From Bacteroidaceae bacterium (GTDB lineage Bacteria > Bacteroidota > Bacteroidia > Bacteroidales > Bacteroidaceae), in NCBI GenBank assembly GCA_017615245.1, contig JAGAAL010000035.1, positions 764 to 64,763 of the forward strand: 64,000 nt of DNA, written 5' to 3'. The position numbers and the translations under genes are program-made. Of this stretch, positions 29,190 through 38,600 are shown one piece after another. Below the pieces are notes generated by a model. That model saw nothing but the letters and a program-made list of their open reading frames with translations. It ran no database searches and was not told the DNA's origin. Position 1 is the first letter of the stretch, and each line of letters begins with the position of its first letter.

Positions 29190-29790
29190 ATTGTTCTATC
29201 TTATCTTTGTTGCTCAGCAAGAAGTCGATGTCATCATAAGCATTCATCAGACAGTACTTCTTATAGGAGTTGATTTCGAACTGCTCGCTGCGACCAGTCG
29301 TCAGGTTGGTCACCGTCTGGTTAGGTACATCGACCTTAACCTTTGCCTCAGGATTGGCAGCGATGGTAACGAAGAGTTCCTGCTGAAATGCAGGAGACAC
29401 GATGACGGGCAGCACGAAACAGTTGAGCAGGTTGTTGCGATGGATGTCGGCAAAGCTACTGCTGATAACTACACGCACACCATAGCCTGCAATGGCCCAT
29501 GCGGCATGTTCACGACTAGAACCTGAGCCCCAATTCTGTCCACCTACGATAATCTCATGTACACCCTCGTGAGGAGCCTCAGAGAATGCCGGCTGATTCA
29601 TCACAAAGTCGGCTACAGGGTTGCCATCAGCATCGTAGCGGAGGTCATGCATGAAAGCATCACCGAAGAACTTAGGATCGCGAGTGGTACTTGCAAGATA
29701 CCGAGCAGGGATTATCAGGTCGGTATTGCAATTGTCTATCTGAATAGGAATACAGGTAGATTCTATGATATTGAATTTCTGTTTTGCCAT
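29176..29790 (-). CDS. leuD: 3-isopropylmalate dehydratase small subunit
   Basis: 204 aa, with GQNWGSGSSREHAAWA. Confidence 0.92.
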   Translation of the reverse strand: MAKQKFNIIESTCIPIQIDNCNTDLIIPARYLASTTRDPKFFGDAFMHDLRYDADGNPVADFVMNQPAFSEAPHEGVHEIIVGGQNWGSGSSREHAAWAIAGYGVRVVISSSFADIHRNNLLNCFVLPVIVSPAFQQELFVTIAANPEAKVKVDVPNQTVTNLTTGRSEQFEINSYKKYCLMNAYDDIDFLLSNKDKIEQYESK

Positions 29791-29794
29791 ACGT

Positions 29795-31183
29795 CTATAT
29801 TTTTCTTGGGTCGGTTACTACTCCTGTGATTGCACTTGCAGCAACGGTGAGAGGCGAAGCAAGGATGGTGCGAGCACCTGGTCCCTGACGGCCTACGAAG
29901 TTACGGTTGCTGGTTGAAATGGCAAGTTTGCCTGCCGGTACCTTATCGGGATTCATAGCCAGACAAGCGGAGCAAGATGGCAGACGGAGCTCGAAGCCTG
30001 CATCGGCAAGTATCTTGTCGATACCTTCGTCGATAATCTGCTGACGTACAAGCCATGAACCAGGTACGAGCCATGCTACGACATTGTCGGCCTTCTTCTT
30101 TCCTTTCACTACGGAAGCAAAGGCACGGAAGTCCTCAATACGGCCATTGGTACATGCACCAAGGAAAACATAGTCAACGGGTGTACCTTCAAGACGCTGT
30201 CCAGGCTCGAACTGCATATACTCCAACATGCTGAGGAACTGACCACGGTCGGCCTCAGCAATCTGCTCAAGGGTAGGAATACACTCATCGACAGCGATAC
30301 CAGCTCCTGGGTTGGTTCCGTAAGTGATACGTGGAGCGATATCCTCAGCACGATAGGTCACTTCCTTATCGAACACAGCATCGGGGTCGCTCTTGAGCTT
30401 ACGCCACTCCTCGACTGCCTTGTCCCACTCTGCACCCTTTGGTGCATATTCACGGCCTTTAAGATATGCAAAGGTAGTTTCATCAGGGGCAATGATTCCC
30501 GCACGGCTACCCATCTCAATACTGAGGTTACTCAGAGTGAGACGGCCTTCCATCGACATGTTGCGGATGGTGCTACCTGCATACTCCACTGCATAACCCG
30601 TCGCACCGCTGGTAGTCATCTGTGCCATGATATAGAGTGCCACATCCTTTGCTGTAACATTAGGGCGCAACTCACCCTCGATGTTGATACGCATAGTCTT
30701 TGGCTTGGCTTGCAGGATACACTGTGAAGCCAGTACCTGTGCCACCTCACTGGTACCTATACCCATCGCAATAGCACCTACTGCACCGTGGGTACTGGTG
30801 TGAGAATCGCCACAGACGATGGTCATGCCCGGGAGCGACAGCGCCTTCTCGGGACCTACCACATGGATGATACCATTATCCTTAGTGCCCATCGTAAAGT
30901 GCTTGATTCCAAACTCCTCACAATTGGCCTTGAGTGTCTCTACTTGTTTGCGTCCTACAGGGTCGTCAATACGCTCCTGCTGGTCGCTTGGTGTATTATG
31001 ATCGGGCATTGCCACTACATGGTCTGGGCGGAATACCTTGACACCTTTATCTCTCAGTGTGTCGAATGCCTGAGGGCTGGTCACCTCATGTGCATACAAA
31101 CGGTCGATGTACAACTGTGTAGGTCCATCCTCCACCTGCTGCACTACATGAGCATTCCAGATTTTGTCGAATAAAGTTTTCAT
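29795..31183 (-). CDS. leuC: 3-isopropylmalate dehydratase large subunit
   Basis: The aconitase-family Fe-S Cys ligand contexts are present. I start at the ATG at 31183 ([14 protein letters not shown]), 1 nt after the leuA stop. The track's upstream extension overlaps leuA. Confidence 0.92.
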   Translation of the reverse strand: MKTLFDKIWNAHVVQQVEDGPTQLYIDRLYAHEVTSPQAFDTLRDKGVKVFRPDHVVAMPDHNTPSDQQERIDDPVGRKQVETLKANCEEFGIKHFTMGTKDNGIIHVVGPEKALSLPGMTIVCGDSHTSTHGAVGAIAMGIGTSEVAQVLASQCILQAKPKTMRINIEGELRPNVTAKDVALYIMAQMTTSGATGYAVEYAGSTIRNMSMEGRLTLSNLSIEMGSRAGIIAPDETTFAYLKGREYAPKGAEWDKAVEEWRKLKSDPDAVFDKEVTYRAEDIAPRITYGTNPGAGIAVDECIPTLEQIAEADRGQFLSMLEYMQFEPGQRLEGTPVDYVFLGACTNGRIEDFRAFASVVKGKKKADNVVAWLVPGSWLVRQQIIDEGIDKILADAGFELRLPSCSACLAMNPDKVPAGKLAISTSNRNFVGRQGPGARTILASPLTVAASAITGVVTDPRKI

Positions 31184-31184
31184 A

Positions 31185-32681
31185 TTATTTAAACTTATTA
31201 ATACAGTCAATATATGCTTCGACGGAGGCGGTGACGATATCGGTGTTGGCACCAAATCCATAATAAATGTGGTTGTTGTATTCCACCTGCATGTGGACTT
31301 TACCCAGGTCGTCGGAACCCTTTGAAATGGCTTGGATTGTGAACTCCTTGAGGGTCATGTCGCGCTTGATGATACGCTTCAAACCTTTAATTGCTGCATC
31401 GACAGGTCCGTTACCTGTTGCTGCTGCTTCGAAGTGTTCGTTGGCAATCTGCAATCCGATGGATGCCACACTACGTACTCCCTTTCCTGTCGTAACTTGC
31501 AGGTAATCGAGTTTGATGTTGTGTGACTCGCTGCGGTCTGCCCCTGCGAGTACGAGGATGTCGTCGTCGGTCACCTCTTTCTTCTTGTCTGCCAATTCGA
31601 GGAAAGCCTGATATACCTTGTCGAGTTTCTCCTCATCGACATCAACACCGTTGATATGCAAGCGGTGTTTGAGGGCGGCACGTCCTGAACGGGCTGTCAG
31701 TACGATTGATGCCTCGTCGATACCCACATCCTTAGGATCCATGATTTCGTAGGTAGATGCATTTTTCAACACCCCATCTTGATGGATGCCGCTGGAGTGT
31801 GCGAAAGCATTACGGCCTACGATTGCCTTGTTTGGTTGAACAGGCATATTCATGAGGCTCGACACCATGCGGCTGGTAGGATAGATCTTAGTGGTGTTGA
31901 TGTTGGTCTCAATACCAAGGTCGGGATGTGTCTTGAAAATCATGGCAATCTCTTCGAGCGATGTGTTACCAGCACGTTCGCCGATACCATTGATCGTAAC
32001 CTCCACCTGACGTGCACCTGCCAACACACCAGCTACGGTATTGGCTGTAGCCATACCGAGATCGTTATGGCAGTGAGTAGACAGGATGGACTTACCGGCA
32101 GCAAAAGCATCAACGTGCTCATAGAGATACTTAATCTTCTCGTGATACTCGTTAGGCACACGGAAACCTGTCGTATCGGGGATGTTACAAACCGTAGCAC
32201 CTGCCTTACATACGGCATCGATGACACGAGCCAGATACTCGTTGTCGGTACGTCCTGCATCCTCGGCATAGAACTCCACATCGTCCACAAAACGACGTGC
32301 GTACTTTACGGCAGCTACTGCACGTTCGATGATTTCCTCACGGTTGCTGTTGAACTTAAACTTAATATGCGAGTCGCTCGTACCGATACCAGTATGAATA
32401 CGCTTACGCTTTGCATACTGCAAAGCCTCAACAGCCACATCGATATCTTTCTCGACTGCACGAGTCAACGCACAAATGGTAGGCCATGTCACAGCCTTCG
32501 AGATTTCGATTACTGAATTGTAGTCGCCAGGACTTGAAATAGGGAATCCAGCCTCGATGACATCGACACCCAGCATCTCCAACTGCTTGGCAACCTGAAT
32601 CTTCTCTACTGTGTTGAGCTGGCAACCAGGTACCTGCTCGCCATCACGCAATGTTGTGTCAAAAATAAATAATCTGTCCAT
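31185..32681 (-). CDS. leuA: 2-isopropylmalate synthase
   Basis: [11 protein letters not shown] and [12 protein letters not shown] motifs, plus a LeuA-dimer regulatory domain. Confidence 0.95.
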   Translation of the reverse strand: MDRLFIFDTTLRDGEQVPGCQLNTVEKIQVAKQLEMLGVDVIEAGFPISSPGDYNSVIEISKAVTWPTICALTRAVEKDIDVAVEALQYAKRKRIHTGIGTSDSHIKFKFNSNREEIIERAVAAVKYARRFVDDVEFYAEDAGRTDNEYLARVIDAVCKAGATVCNIPDTTGFRVPNEYHEKIKYLYEHVDAFAAGKSILSTHCHNDLGMATANTVAGVLAGARQVEVTINGIGERAGNTSLEEIAMIFKTHPDLGIETNINTTKIYPTSRMVSSLMNMPVQPNKAIVGRNAFAHSSGIHQDGVLKNASTYEIMDPKDVGIDEASIVLTARSGRAALKHRLHINGVDVDEEKLDKVYQAFLELADKKKEVTDDDILVLAGADRSESHNIKLDYLQVTTGKGVRSVASIGLQIANEHFEAAATGNGPVDAAIKGLKRIIKRDMTLKEFTIQAISKGSDDLGKVHMQVEYNNHIYYGFGANTDIVTASVEAYIDCINKFK

Positions 32682-32711
32682 TATAATAATTATGAATTAT
32701 CAATTATGAAT

Positions 32712-32749
32712 TAAACAAAAGCCCCTCTCGCTCGGAGCAAGAAAGGCTT
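32712..32749 (-). terminator. Candidate attenuator terminator in the leuA leader
   Basis: RNA 5'-AGCCUUUCUUGCU-ccg-AGCGAGAGGGGCU-3'. This is a 13-bp stem (3 G-U pairs) followed by UUUGUUU, about 30 nt before the leuA ATG. Confidence 0.6.
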
Positions 32750-32794
32750 ATATCTGTTTCTTTTTATTATCTATTCTAAATTATATATTTTAAA

Positions 32795-32881
32795 TTACAT
32801 ACAGGCCTCTCTCACTCCGAGCTTACTAAGTCGTAGTGACAAGATAATGCCGATGATGCTAATAGAATTCATACGATTCAT
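32795..32881 (-). CDS. Candidate 28-aa leu-operon leader peptide, MNRMNSISIIGIILSLRLSKLGVREACM
   Basis: My own translation. It has 5 Ile and 4 Leu codons within residues 7-21. It lies between the -7 box and the attenuator hairpin. Its 3' part encodes an RNA segment complementary to the 5' arm of the terminator. Confidence 0.5.
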   Translation of the reverse strand: MNRMNSISIIGIILSLRLSKLGVREACM

Positions 32882-32894
32882 TTGAATTTGGGTG

Positions 32895-32902
32895 CAAAAT
32901 TA
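32895..32902 (-). promoter_or_regulatory. -7 box TAATTTTG (minus strand) for the leu operon
   Basis: The plus strand reads caaaatta, an exact TAnnTTTG on the minus strand. Confidence 0.55.
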
Positions 32903-33129
32903 CACATTTTTGTTCACCCCACAAAAAAAATGGCAAAGAATTTGCACTTTTCGCTGTCTTTTTGCTACAAACATCTCATTTTTAGCCCTATGTCAGTAAC
33001 TCAGTTGCAGATAATAAGCATAGGAAGGACATGGTGTAGATAACACTAAACAGCAGCGTGGAAATGGCAAAACAACGGCGTTGTTTCTACTGTTTTTTAT
33101 TTTTCCTGAAGTCTTTAGAAGGGAAAAGC

Positions 33130-33195
33130 ATAGGGGAGAAAAGGGATTCCTATAGGGGAGAAAAGGGAGAGATATAGGGTGTAACTAATTTGCCC
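33130..33195. repeat. Three tandem 22-bp units starting with ATAGGG (ataggggagaaaaggga twice, then a degenerate copy)
   Basis: Unit starts at 33130, 33152 and 33174. Confidence 0.85.
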
Positions 33196-33270
33196 CGCCC
33201 GTGGCAATATCTTGCAGCGGGCGGGGCAATATCTTGTGGCGGGCGTGCGAATGTCTTGCGGCGGCCGCCA
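33190..33270. repeat. GC-rich 22-bp periodic repeats (ggcaatatcttgNNgcgggcg twice, plus a degenerate third) containing a perfect 12-bp inverted repeat
   Basis: ggcaatatcttg occurs at 33203 and 33225, and gcgaatgtcttg at 33247. The inverted repeat is ttgccccgcccg (33190-33201) with cgggcggggcaa (33218-33229). Confidence 0.85.
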
Positions 33271-33441
33271 AAAGACTGTACCCTCATGATAAAGTTTATA
33301 GTTGAAAGTTTATAGTTTATAGTCAGTTGAATGAGTTGATGGTTTAATAAGTTAGCAGAGTATCGTCTGCACTCCTGTAACTCCTCTTCTAAAGACTAAA
33401 GTCTAGAGTCTAAGGGCTAAAGCCTTTTATCTTTCTGAGTG

Positions 33442-33449
33442 CAAAGATA
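33442..33449 (-). promoter_or_regulatory. Orphan -7 box TATCTTTG (minus strand), part of the palindrome tatcttt-N8-aaagata
   Basis: The plus strand reads caaagata. The mirror box TATCTTTC lies on the plus strand at 33428-33435. No CDS follows either box. Confidence 0.35.
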
Positions 33450-33494
33450 CGAATTTTTTTACTGATATGCAAATTATTTCCCTTAAAAATTACC

Positions 33495-33532
33495 ATAAAA
33501 AAGAGGTGCCAGACTTTTGGTCGGACACCTCT
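33495..33532 (-). terminator. Rho-independent terminator ending the SusC/D-FAS1-CotH operon
   Basis: Minus-strand RNA is agaggtgtccgac-caaaa-gtctggcacctct, giving a 13-position stem with one mismatch, followed by UUUUUUAU. Confidence 0.75.
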
Positions 33533-33556
33533 GTGAATAAATTCTAATGGGAAGGA

Positions 33557-35632
33557 TTATGGTAACGGCAGATACCATTTACCTCCCTTGAGTGCATCGG
33601 CACGAGAATCGTACTCAGCAGCACCCTTACGACGAGCGACCTGATTTGCGATGAAGTCAGGATCGTTATAATACATCGCATAGCGCATCAAGTCGAAGAA
33701 ACGATAGCCTTCGAACATACCTTCGAGTGCTTCCTCATCGAGAATCATCTTCTCGAGAGCTGCCTGATAGAGAGGCACACTTGCTCTGTATGCATCATCC
33801 TGAGCTTGTCTCAAATTATAACTTGTCTGGTTAATGTCCTGATAAAGCTGATTGAGTGCAATTGAGTCAGAATCAGATTCATAGACATATACATAGTCTG
33901 TCCATGTATTACGTGAGCTGTTGTACTCTTCTTCGATGATTCCGCGGTAGTTTGCGTAATAATAATCAAGACTATCCTCTGGGATGATATGGATGTCATG
34001 CTCGTCAGAAACTGCTGCATAACGCTTGTTCAACGAATCAGACAGAATCTGCAATGCATCGCTCTCTGCCCAGATAGCAGCATCACGTGGAAGCACATAG
34101 TACTTGTTATAGTATGAGTCACCACAACCACGAGAGTGAACTCCCTGCATGTTAACAGTTACATTAGGCTGAGCTGCCATAGAAGAATGCTTGTCAACAA
34201 AAGCAGTGCTTGACCATGAGTAGAGGCTACCCAGGAAGTAAGTGCTAACGTCATACAAATTATTACGTTCAACACGTGAAACGAAATTACTCATCGTGCT
34301 TGGAGAAATACCATACTTGAGGACAGCGAATGCAGTCTCTGGGAATCCAGCACGGTTGAGTGCCTCAGCAAAGTGGAGCCATACAATGTTCTTGCGGAAT
34401 ATTGTGAAGGATTGCAACTTGCTGTCCGGGCCTTCGTTCGATCTTGAAGTAGCATACTTCATAATGTGCTGACGATCCTTAGCAAAGCGGTCGGTGTAGC
34501 GGTCGCTCACTTGTGAGCGGTCGTAAACAGCTTGCAGACGGAGGTCGCCCATTTCGAGTGAATCTTCCCATTCTACCTTTTCTGTACTATAGATAGTATC
34601 GCGGTTACCCATTTCCTCGAAGTATCCGCACCAGATCTGTTCTTGTGACAATTCACGGATACGCTTTGAAGGAACTACAGGTACATAGTAGTTGTTCTCG
34701 AACTGTGAGTTGAAGAAGCCATAGAGTTCGCTCCATGTTCCATCGTAAGCACAGGTATCAAGAGGGATAATGGCAATACGGTCTTCAGTGATAGAATATT
34801 CACCACTGGTATTACGCATACGACGATCACCCCAAGTAACTGCTGTGGTTCCTGTCGTCACTTCCTTATTGGTGTAGCAGAAGTAGTCGTGGTAGTAACG
34901 GCAAGCCTCAACAAAGTCGCTCTGATTCTGGGTGAAGCAACCTCTCCAAAGATAGAGTTCTGCCAGCATCAAACGAGCAGGAATGAAGAACATAGAACTG
35001 GTCATACCATTCATATCGCCAAAGTCTGGCATTTCAATCACCTTTGATGCATAAGGTTTCAAGTCATTGATGAAATACGTACAGATTTGGTTCATGTCGG
35101 CACGGTTGCTTGCATTTGCAAGGATGTCATCAGCGTCACCTGAATTGAGCACTGGATCGAGGACGAATGGAACCTGGCCATACATCTTAGCCAGTTCCAG
35201 ATAAGTCCATGCACGGAATACACGAACAGCCTGAATTTCTTTTTCGAAATGTTTACGGTTGTGTGACACATAGTTAGAGTCAACATAATTCAGATAAACG
35301 TTACATGCATTGACAACTGCATAGTAGTCGGAAATCTGGTTGTACTCATTGTCTGTTGGGATGTTATTGCTCATCACATCCTGCAAAGAGGTTTTAGCCA
35401 CTGTAGGATCAAGGTCAACGAGGTCGGCACGGAGTTCACCGAGTACGACAGTACGATCGACCAGACTCTGCATGCGATTGACGATACCCATAAGCTGGTA
35501 TACCGTATCCTGTGGAGCAAGATTCGTTGTATGCAACTCATCTTCTACAGAAAGCATATCTTCGCACGAAGTAGTAGCAGCTCCGAGTGTAACAAGGAGC
35601 AAGCCTGAAAATATGATTGATTTTGTTTTCAT
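33557..35632 (-). CDS. SusD/RagB family nutrient-binding outer membrane lipoprotein
   Basis: 691 aa. Lipobox GAATTSC, a TPR-like N-terminal half, and position immediately downstream of a SusC gene. Confidence 0.85.
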   Translation of the reverse strand: MKTKSIIFSGLLLVTLGAATTSCEDMLSVEDELHTTNLAPQDTVYQLMGIVNRMQSLVDRTVVLGELRADLVDLDPTVAKTSLQDVMSNNIPTDNEYNQISDYYAVVNACNVYLNYVDSNYVSHNRKHFEKEIQAVRVFRAWTYLELAKMYGQVPFVLDPVLNSGDADDILANASNRADMNQICTYFINDLKPYASKVIEMPDFGDMNGMTSSMFFIPARLMLAELYLWRGCFTQNQSDFVEACRYYHDYFCYTNKEVTTGTTAVTWGDRRMRNTSGEYSITEDRIAIIPLDTCAYDGTWSELYGFFNSQFENNYYVPVVPSKRIRELSQEQIWCGYFEEMGNRDTIYSTEKVEWEDSLEMGDLRLQAVYDRSQVSDRYTDRFAKDRQHIMKYATSRSNEGPDSKLQSFTIFRKNIVWLHFAEALNRAGFPETAFAVLKYGISPSTMSNFVSRVERNNLYDVSTYFLGSLYSWSSTAFVDKHSSMAAQPNVTVNMQGVHSRGCGDSYYNKYYVLPRDAAIWAESDALQILSDSLNKRYAAVSDEHDIHIIPEDSLDYYYANYRGIIEEEYNSSRNTWTDYVYVYESDSDSIALNQLYQDINQTSYNLRQAQDDAYRASVPLYQAALEKMILDEEALEGMFEGYRFFDLMRYAMYYNDPDFIANQVARRKGAAEYDSRADALKGGKWYLPLP

Positions 35633-35653
35633 ATATTTACTGTTTTGTTTTCT

Positions 35654-35679
35654 CTGTTCCTCCCCGAAGGGAGAAACAG
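35654..35679 (-). other. Stable RNA hairpin with a UUCG tetraloop in the SusC-SusD spacer
   Basis: Minus-strand RNA is cuguuucuccc-UUCG-gggaggaacag, an 11-position stem with one mismatch. No U-tract follows. Confidence 0.6.
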
Positions 35680-35689
35680 ATGAGTTTGA

Positions 35690-38600
35690 TTACAAGTTAA
35701 ACTTAACTCCGAGTGTGAAACTACGACCTGAAGGAGTAAATCCTGCATTGATACCCTGTAACAATGAACTGTTAGAGCAAGACACTTCTGGATCAGCACC
35801 TAAGTACTTGGTGAATGTCAACAAGTTGTTGGCTGCTGCCCAAATAGTGATACCCTGCAAGAACTTGTTTTCAGGAGAGAGAGGAAGTTTGTAGCTCAAA
35901 GTGATGTTCTTCAACTTGAGGTAAGAACCATCTTCAATCCAGCGGTCAGAGAAACGGCTGTTGCCCATTGGGTCATTGTATGTAGCCTGAGGTATATCGG
36001 TCTGCTGACCTTCAGCAATCCAACGGCGACATACAGCTGTTGTCTGGTTAATGAAATCGCTACCACCTTCAAGAACTGAGCGCTGGTAGTTGTAAATATC
36101 ATTACCAAGACTGTAGTTGAAGTTAACAGCTACGCTGAATGACTTACCGAAGTGGAGGTTTGCATGGAGGTTTCCGTAAATATCTGGGTTAGGATCGCCA
36201 ATGATTACACGGTCGGCCTCTGTGATGAGATTATCGTTGTTCATATCAACAAATCTCATATCACCTGCCTTGAAGTCAATCTTGTTGCCTGCTTTGTCGA
36301 GGATACCAAGATTAGCAGCCTGTGCTTCTGCAGTAGTTGCAAAAACTCCATCGGTCTTGTAACCGTAGAATACACCAAGTGGGCTTCCCACAACAGTCTG
36401 AATTGTTCCGTTGTAGATGTCGGTTTCAATAGACTGTACGTTATTTGGAAGCTGAGTGACTTCGTTCTTATAGTGACCTACGTTAGCACCGAGTTCAAAT
36501 TTGAATTTCTTATTATTAACAACCTTTGCAATAGCAGCCACGTCGTAACCTTCGTTCTTCATGGCACCATCATTGGTCCAATACTGCTTGATACCGGTAG
36601 GATAAGCAATAGCGCCGAGTGTTGCAAGGTTGCTTGTCTTTGCATAGAAGTAGTTGAGCTTCACGTTCAAACGGTTGTTAAAGAAATTACCTTCTAAGCC
36701 GACATTGAAACGGTTGGTGCTCTCCCAGCGAAGTTTTGAGTTTCCGATATTCTCAAGGCCGATACCTACGGCTTTCTCTTTGAGGAAGCTACGAGCACTC
36801 ATGTAAGTAAATGCTGCATTGTTATCATAAGAATCGTTACCCAATGATTCGAATCCCGCGTTGAGCTTCAACATGTTGATGCCACGACTTGGACGGAACC
36901 AGTCTTCGTTGCTGATGACCCAAGCTCCTTGAATGGATGGGAAGAATCCCCATGTAACACCAAACAACTTAATACCAGCATCAGCCTGCTTACCGAAGCG
37001 TGAAGAAGACTGGAATGCGAATGATCCCTGAAGATAGTACTTCTCACGATAGTTGTAATCAATGTTGCCGTACCAGTTGATTGACTTCCATGTTTCATCC
37101 ACACCTTCTGCGTGACGGTTACGAGTAGCCTGGTCAGGAGTCTTATCGTTACCTGAATCGTATGCATGGGTGTAAGAATCTTTGAAGTTATCGTTGAGGT
37201 AGCGAACACCACCGAAGATATCGAAACGATGTTTACCCAATGGGAGGGCAAGGTCGAAACGAGTATCACTCATCAAAGCCTTATGCTTATAGAAGCTGGT
37301 ACCTGTAGAGTTTTGAACCGTACCAACGTTCTTCACGTAGTAGTTTGGCATACCCTGAACTGGAGTGTAATAGATTTCACTGCAGCTGAGCTGAGAGTAT
37401 GCAAACTGCTCCTGGAGGGTGAAGTTGCGATTGACGTGCCATACTGGAGTAACAACGATGTTTACATCGGTATTGTCCACACGGTTCTTGTTCAATGCAT
37501 CAGCATATTTCAAGATACCGAGAGGGTTGGCCAATGAAGCCTTGCTACCAAGAGCTTCTGAGAGGTAGTCGTCAGCATCGGACACGAATGTTGATATCTT
37601 ACCATCGGTTGAGAAGTCGTAAGGAGCCACGAATGGAGACTTCATCAGTGCAAGCACGTTAGGAGAAGAGATAGCATTTGCCTGGAACTCAGGAGTGAAA
37701 CCATCATCTCTCAAGTTACGCTTCAAGTTTGCATAAGCTACGTCGAAACGAGTGGTCAACTTGTCTGTCAAGACAATATCTGAATTGAATCGGATATTGA
37801 AACGGTTTACATTGTTCTTCTTCAGTGTAGACTGAGAATCAACGTAACCAACAGAGAGGTTGTAGTTAGCAACTTCGTCACCACCTTGGATGTGGATACC
37901 GTAATTCTGAGAAAATGCCTCTTCAAATACGACGTCTTTCCAATCCGTGTTGTTGTGATACATATTATAATAATAATAGGTAGGATCGGTCTGCAAAAAC
38001 TTGAAGTTCTCCAGTTTACTACCCGCAGTCTTCAAAAGACCTGATGCGTATGCACGATACTGATTTGCATCCATAATATCAACAGATGAAGGAATCAGTT
38101 CTATACCACCACTGATATTCACATCGATGACGGTCTTCATGCTGGTGTTACGCTTAGTAGAGATAAGAATCACACCGTTGGCACCCTGAGCGCCGTAGAT
38201 GGCAGTAGCGTTCTTCAGAACCTTGATTTCAGCAACATCATCCATGTTGACATTGGCCAACGGGTTGTTCCAATAACCATTGTGCAACATTGTTGAGCTA
38301 TACATCATATCATGGATTACTCCATCAATAATGATGAGCGGCTGAGAAGATGCGTTGATAGAGTGGAAACCTTCAACAAACATACTAACACCCATACCCG
38401 GGATACCAGTACGTGAGATTGAGTGGACATCACCACCAAAACGGTTCTGCACCTCCTGGTCTAAGGTCCAAGCTGTTGATGTACCAAAATCTTTGGTTGT
38501 CACACTTTTTGCCGCAGATGTCTTCGTCACATAATCCTCGAGATACTGATCTGAGAACAATTTGATGTCAACACCTTCAGCACGGTCGTTGATAGCCACC

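Noticed and set aside
32950-33120. Searched the long non-coding junctions (32.9-33.5 kb, 53.6-54.0 kb, 15.9-16.2 kb) for tRNA, SRP RNA, tmRNA or riboswitch hallmarks.
   Set aside because: I found no T-loop GGTTCGAATCC-type motif, no SRP domain IV consensus, and no recognisable riboswitch core. Only weak A/T hairpins were present, for example aaacaac-ggc-gttgttt at about 33071-33087.
33130-33270. The 22-bp periodic repeats considered as a CRISPR array.
   Set aside because: The units are too short and directly abutting, with no unique spacers. There are only about three copies per family. No cas genes or leader are in the window.
33161-33288. A roughly 42-codon minus-strand ORF (MRVQSFGGRRKTFARPPQDIAPPAARYCHGRGK...) running through the GC-rich repeats.
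   Set aside because: Its sequence is dictated by the repeats and is of low complexity. It has no recognisable family and is below the ORF-track length cutoff. It is more parsimoniously non-coding.
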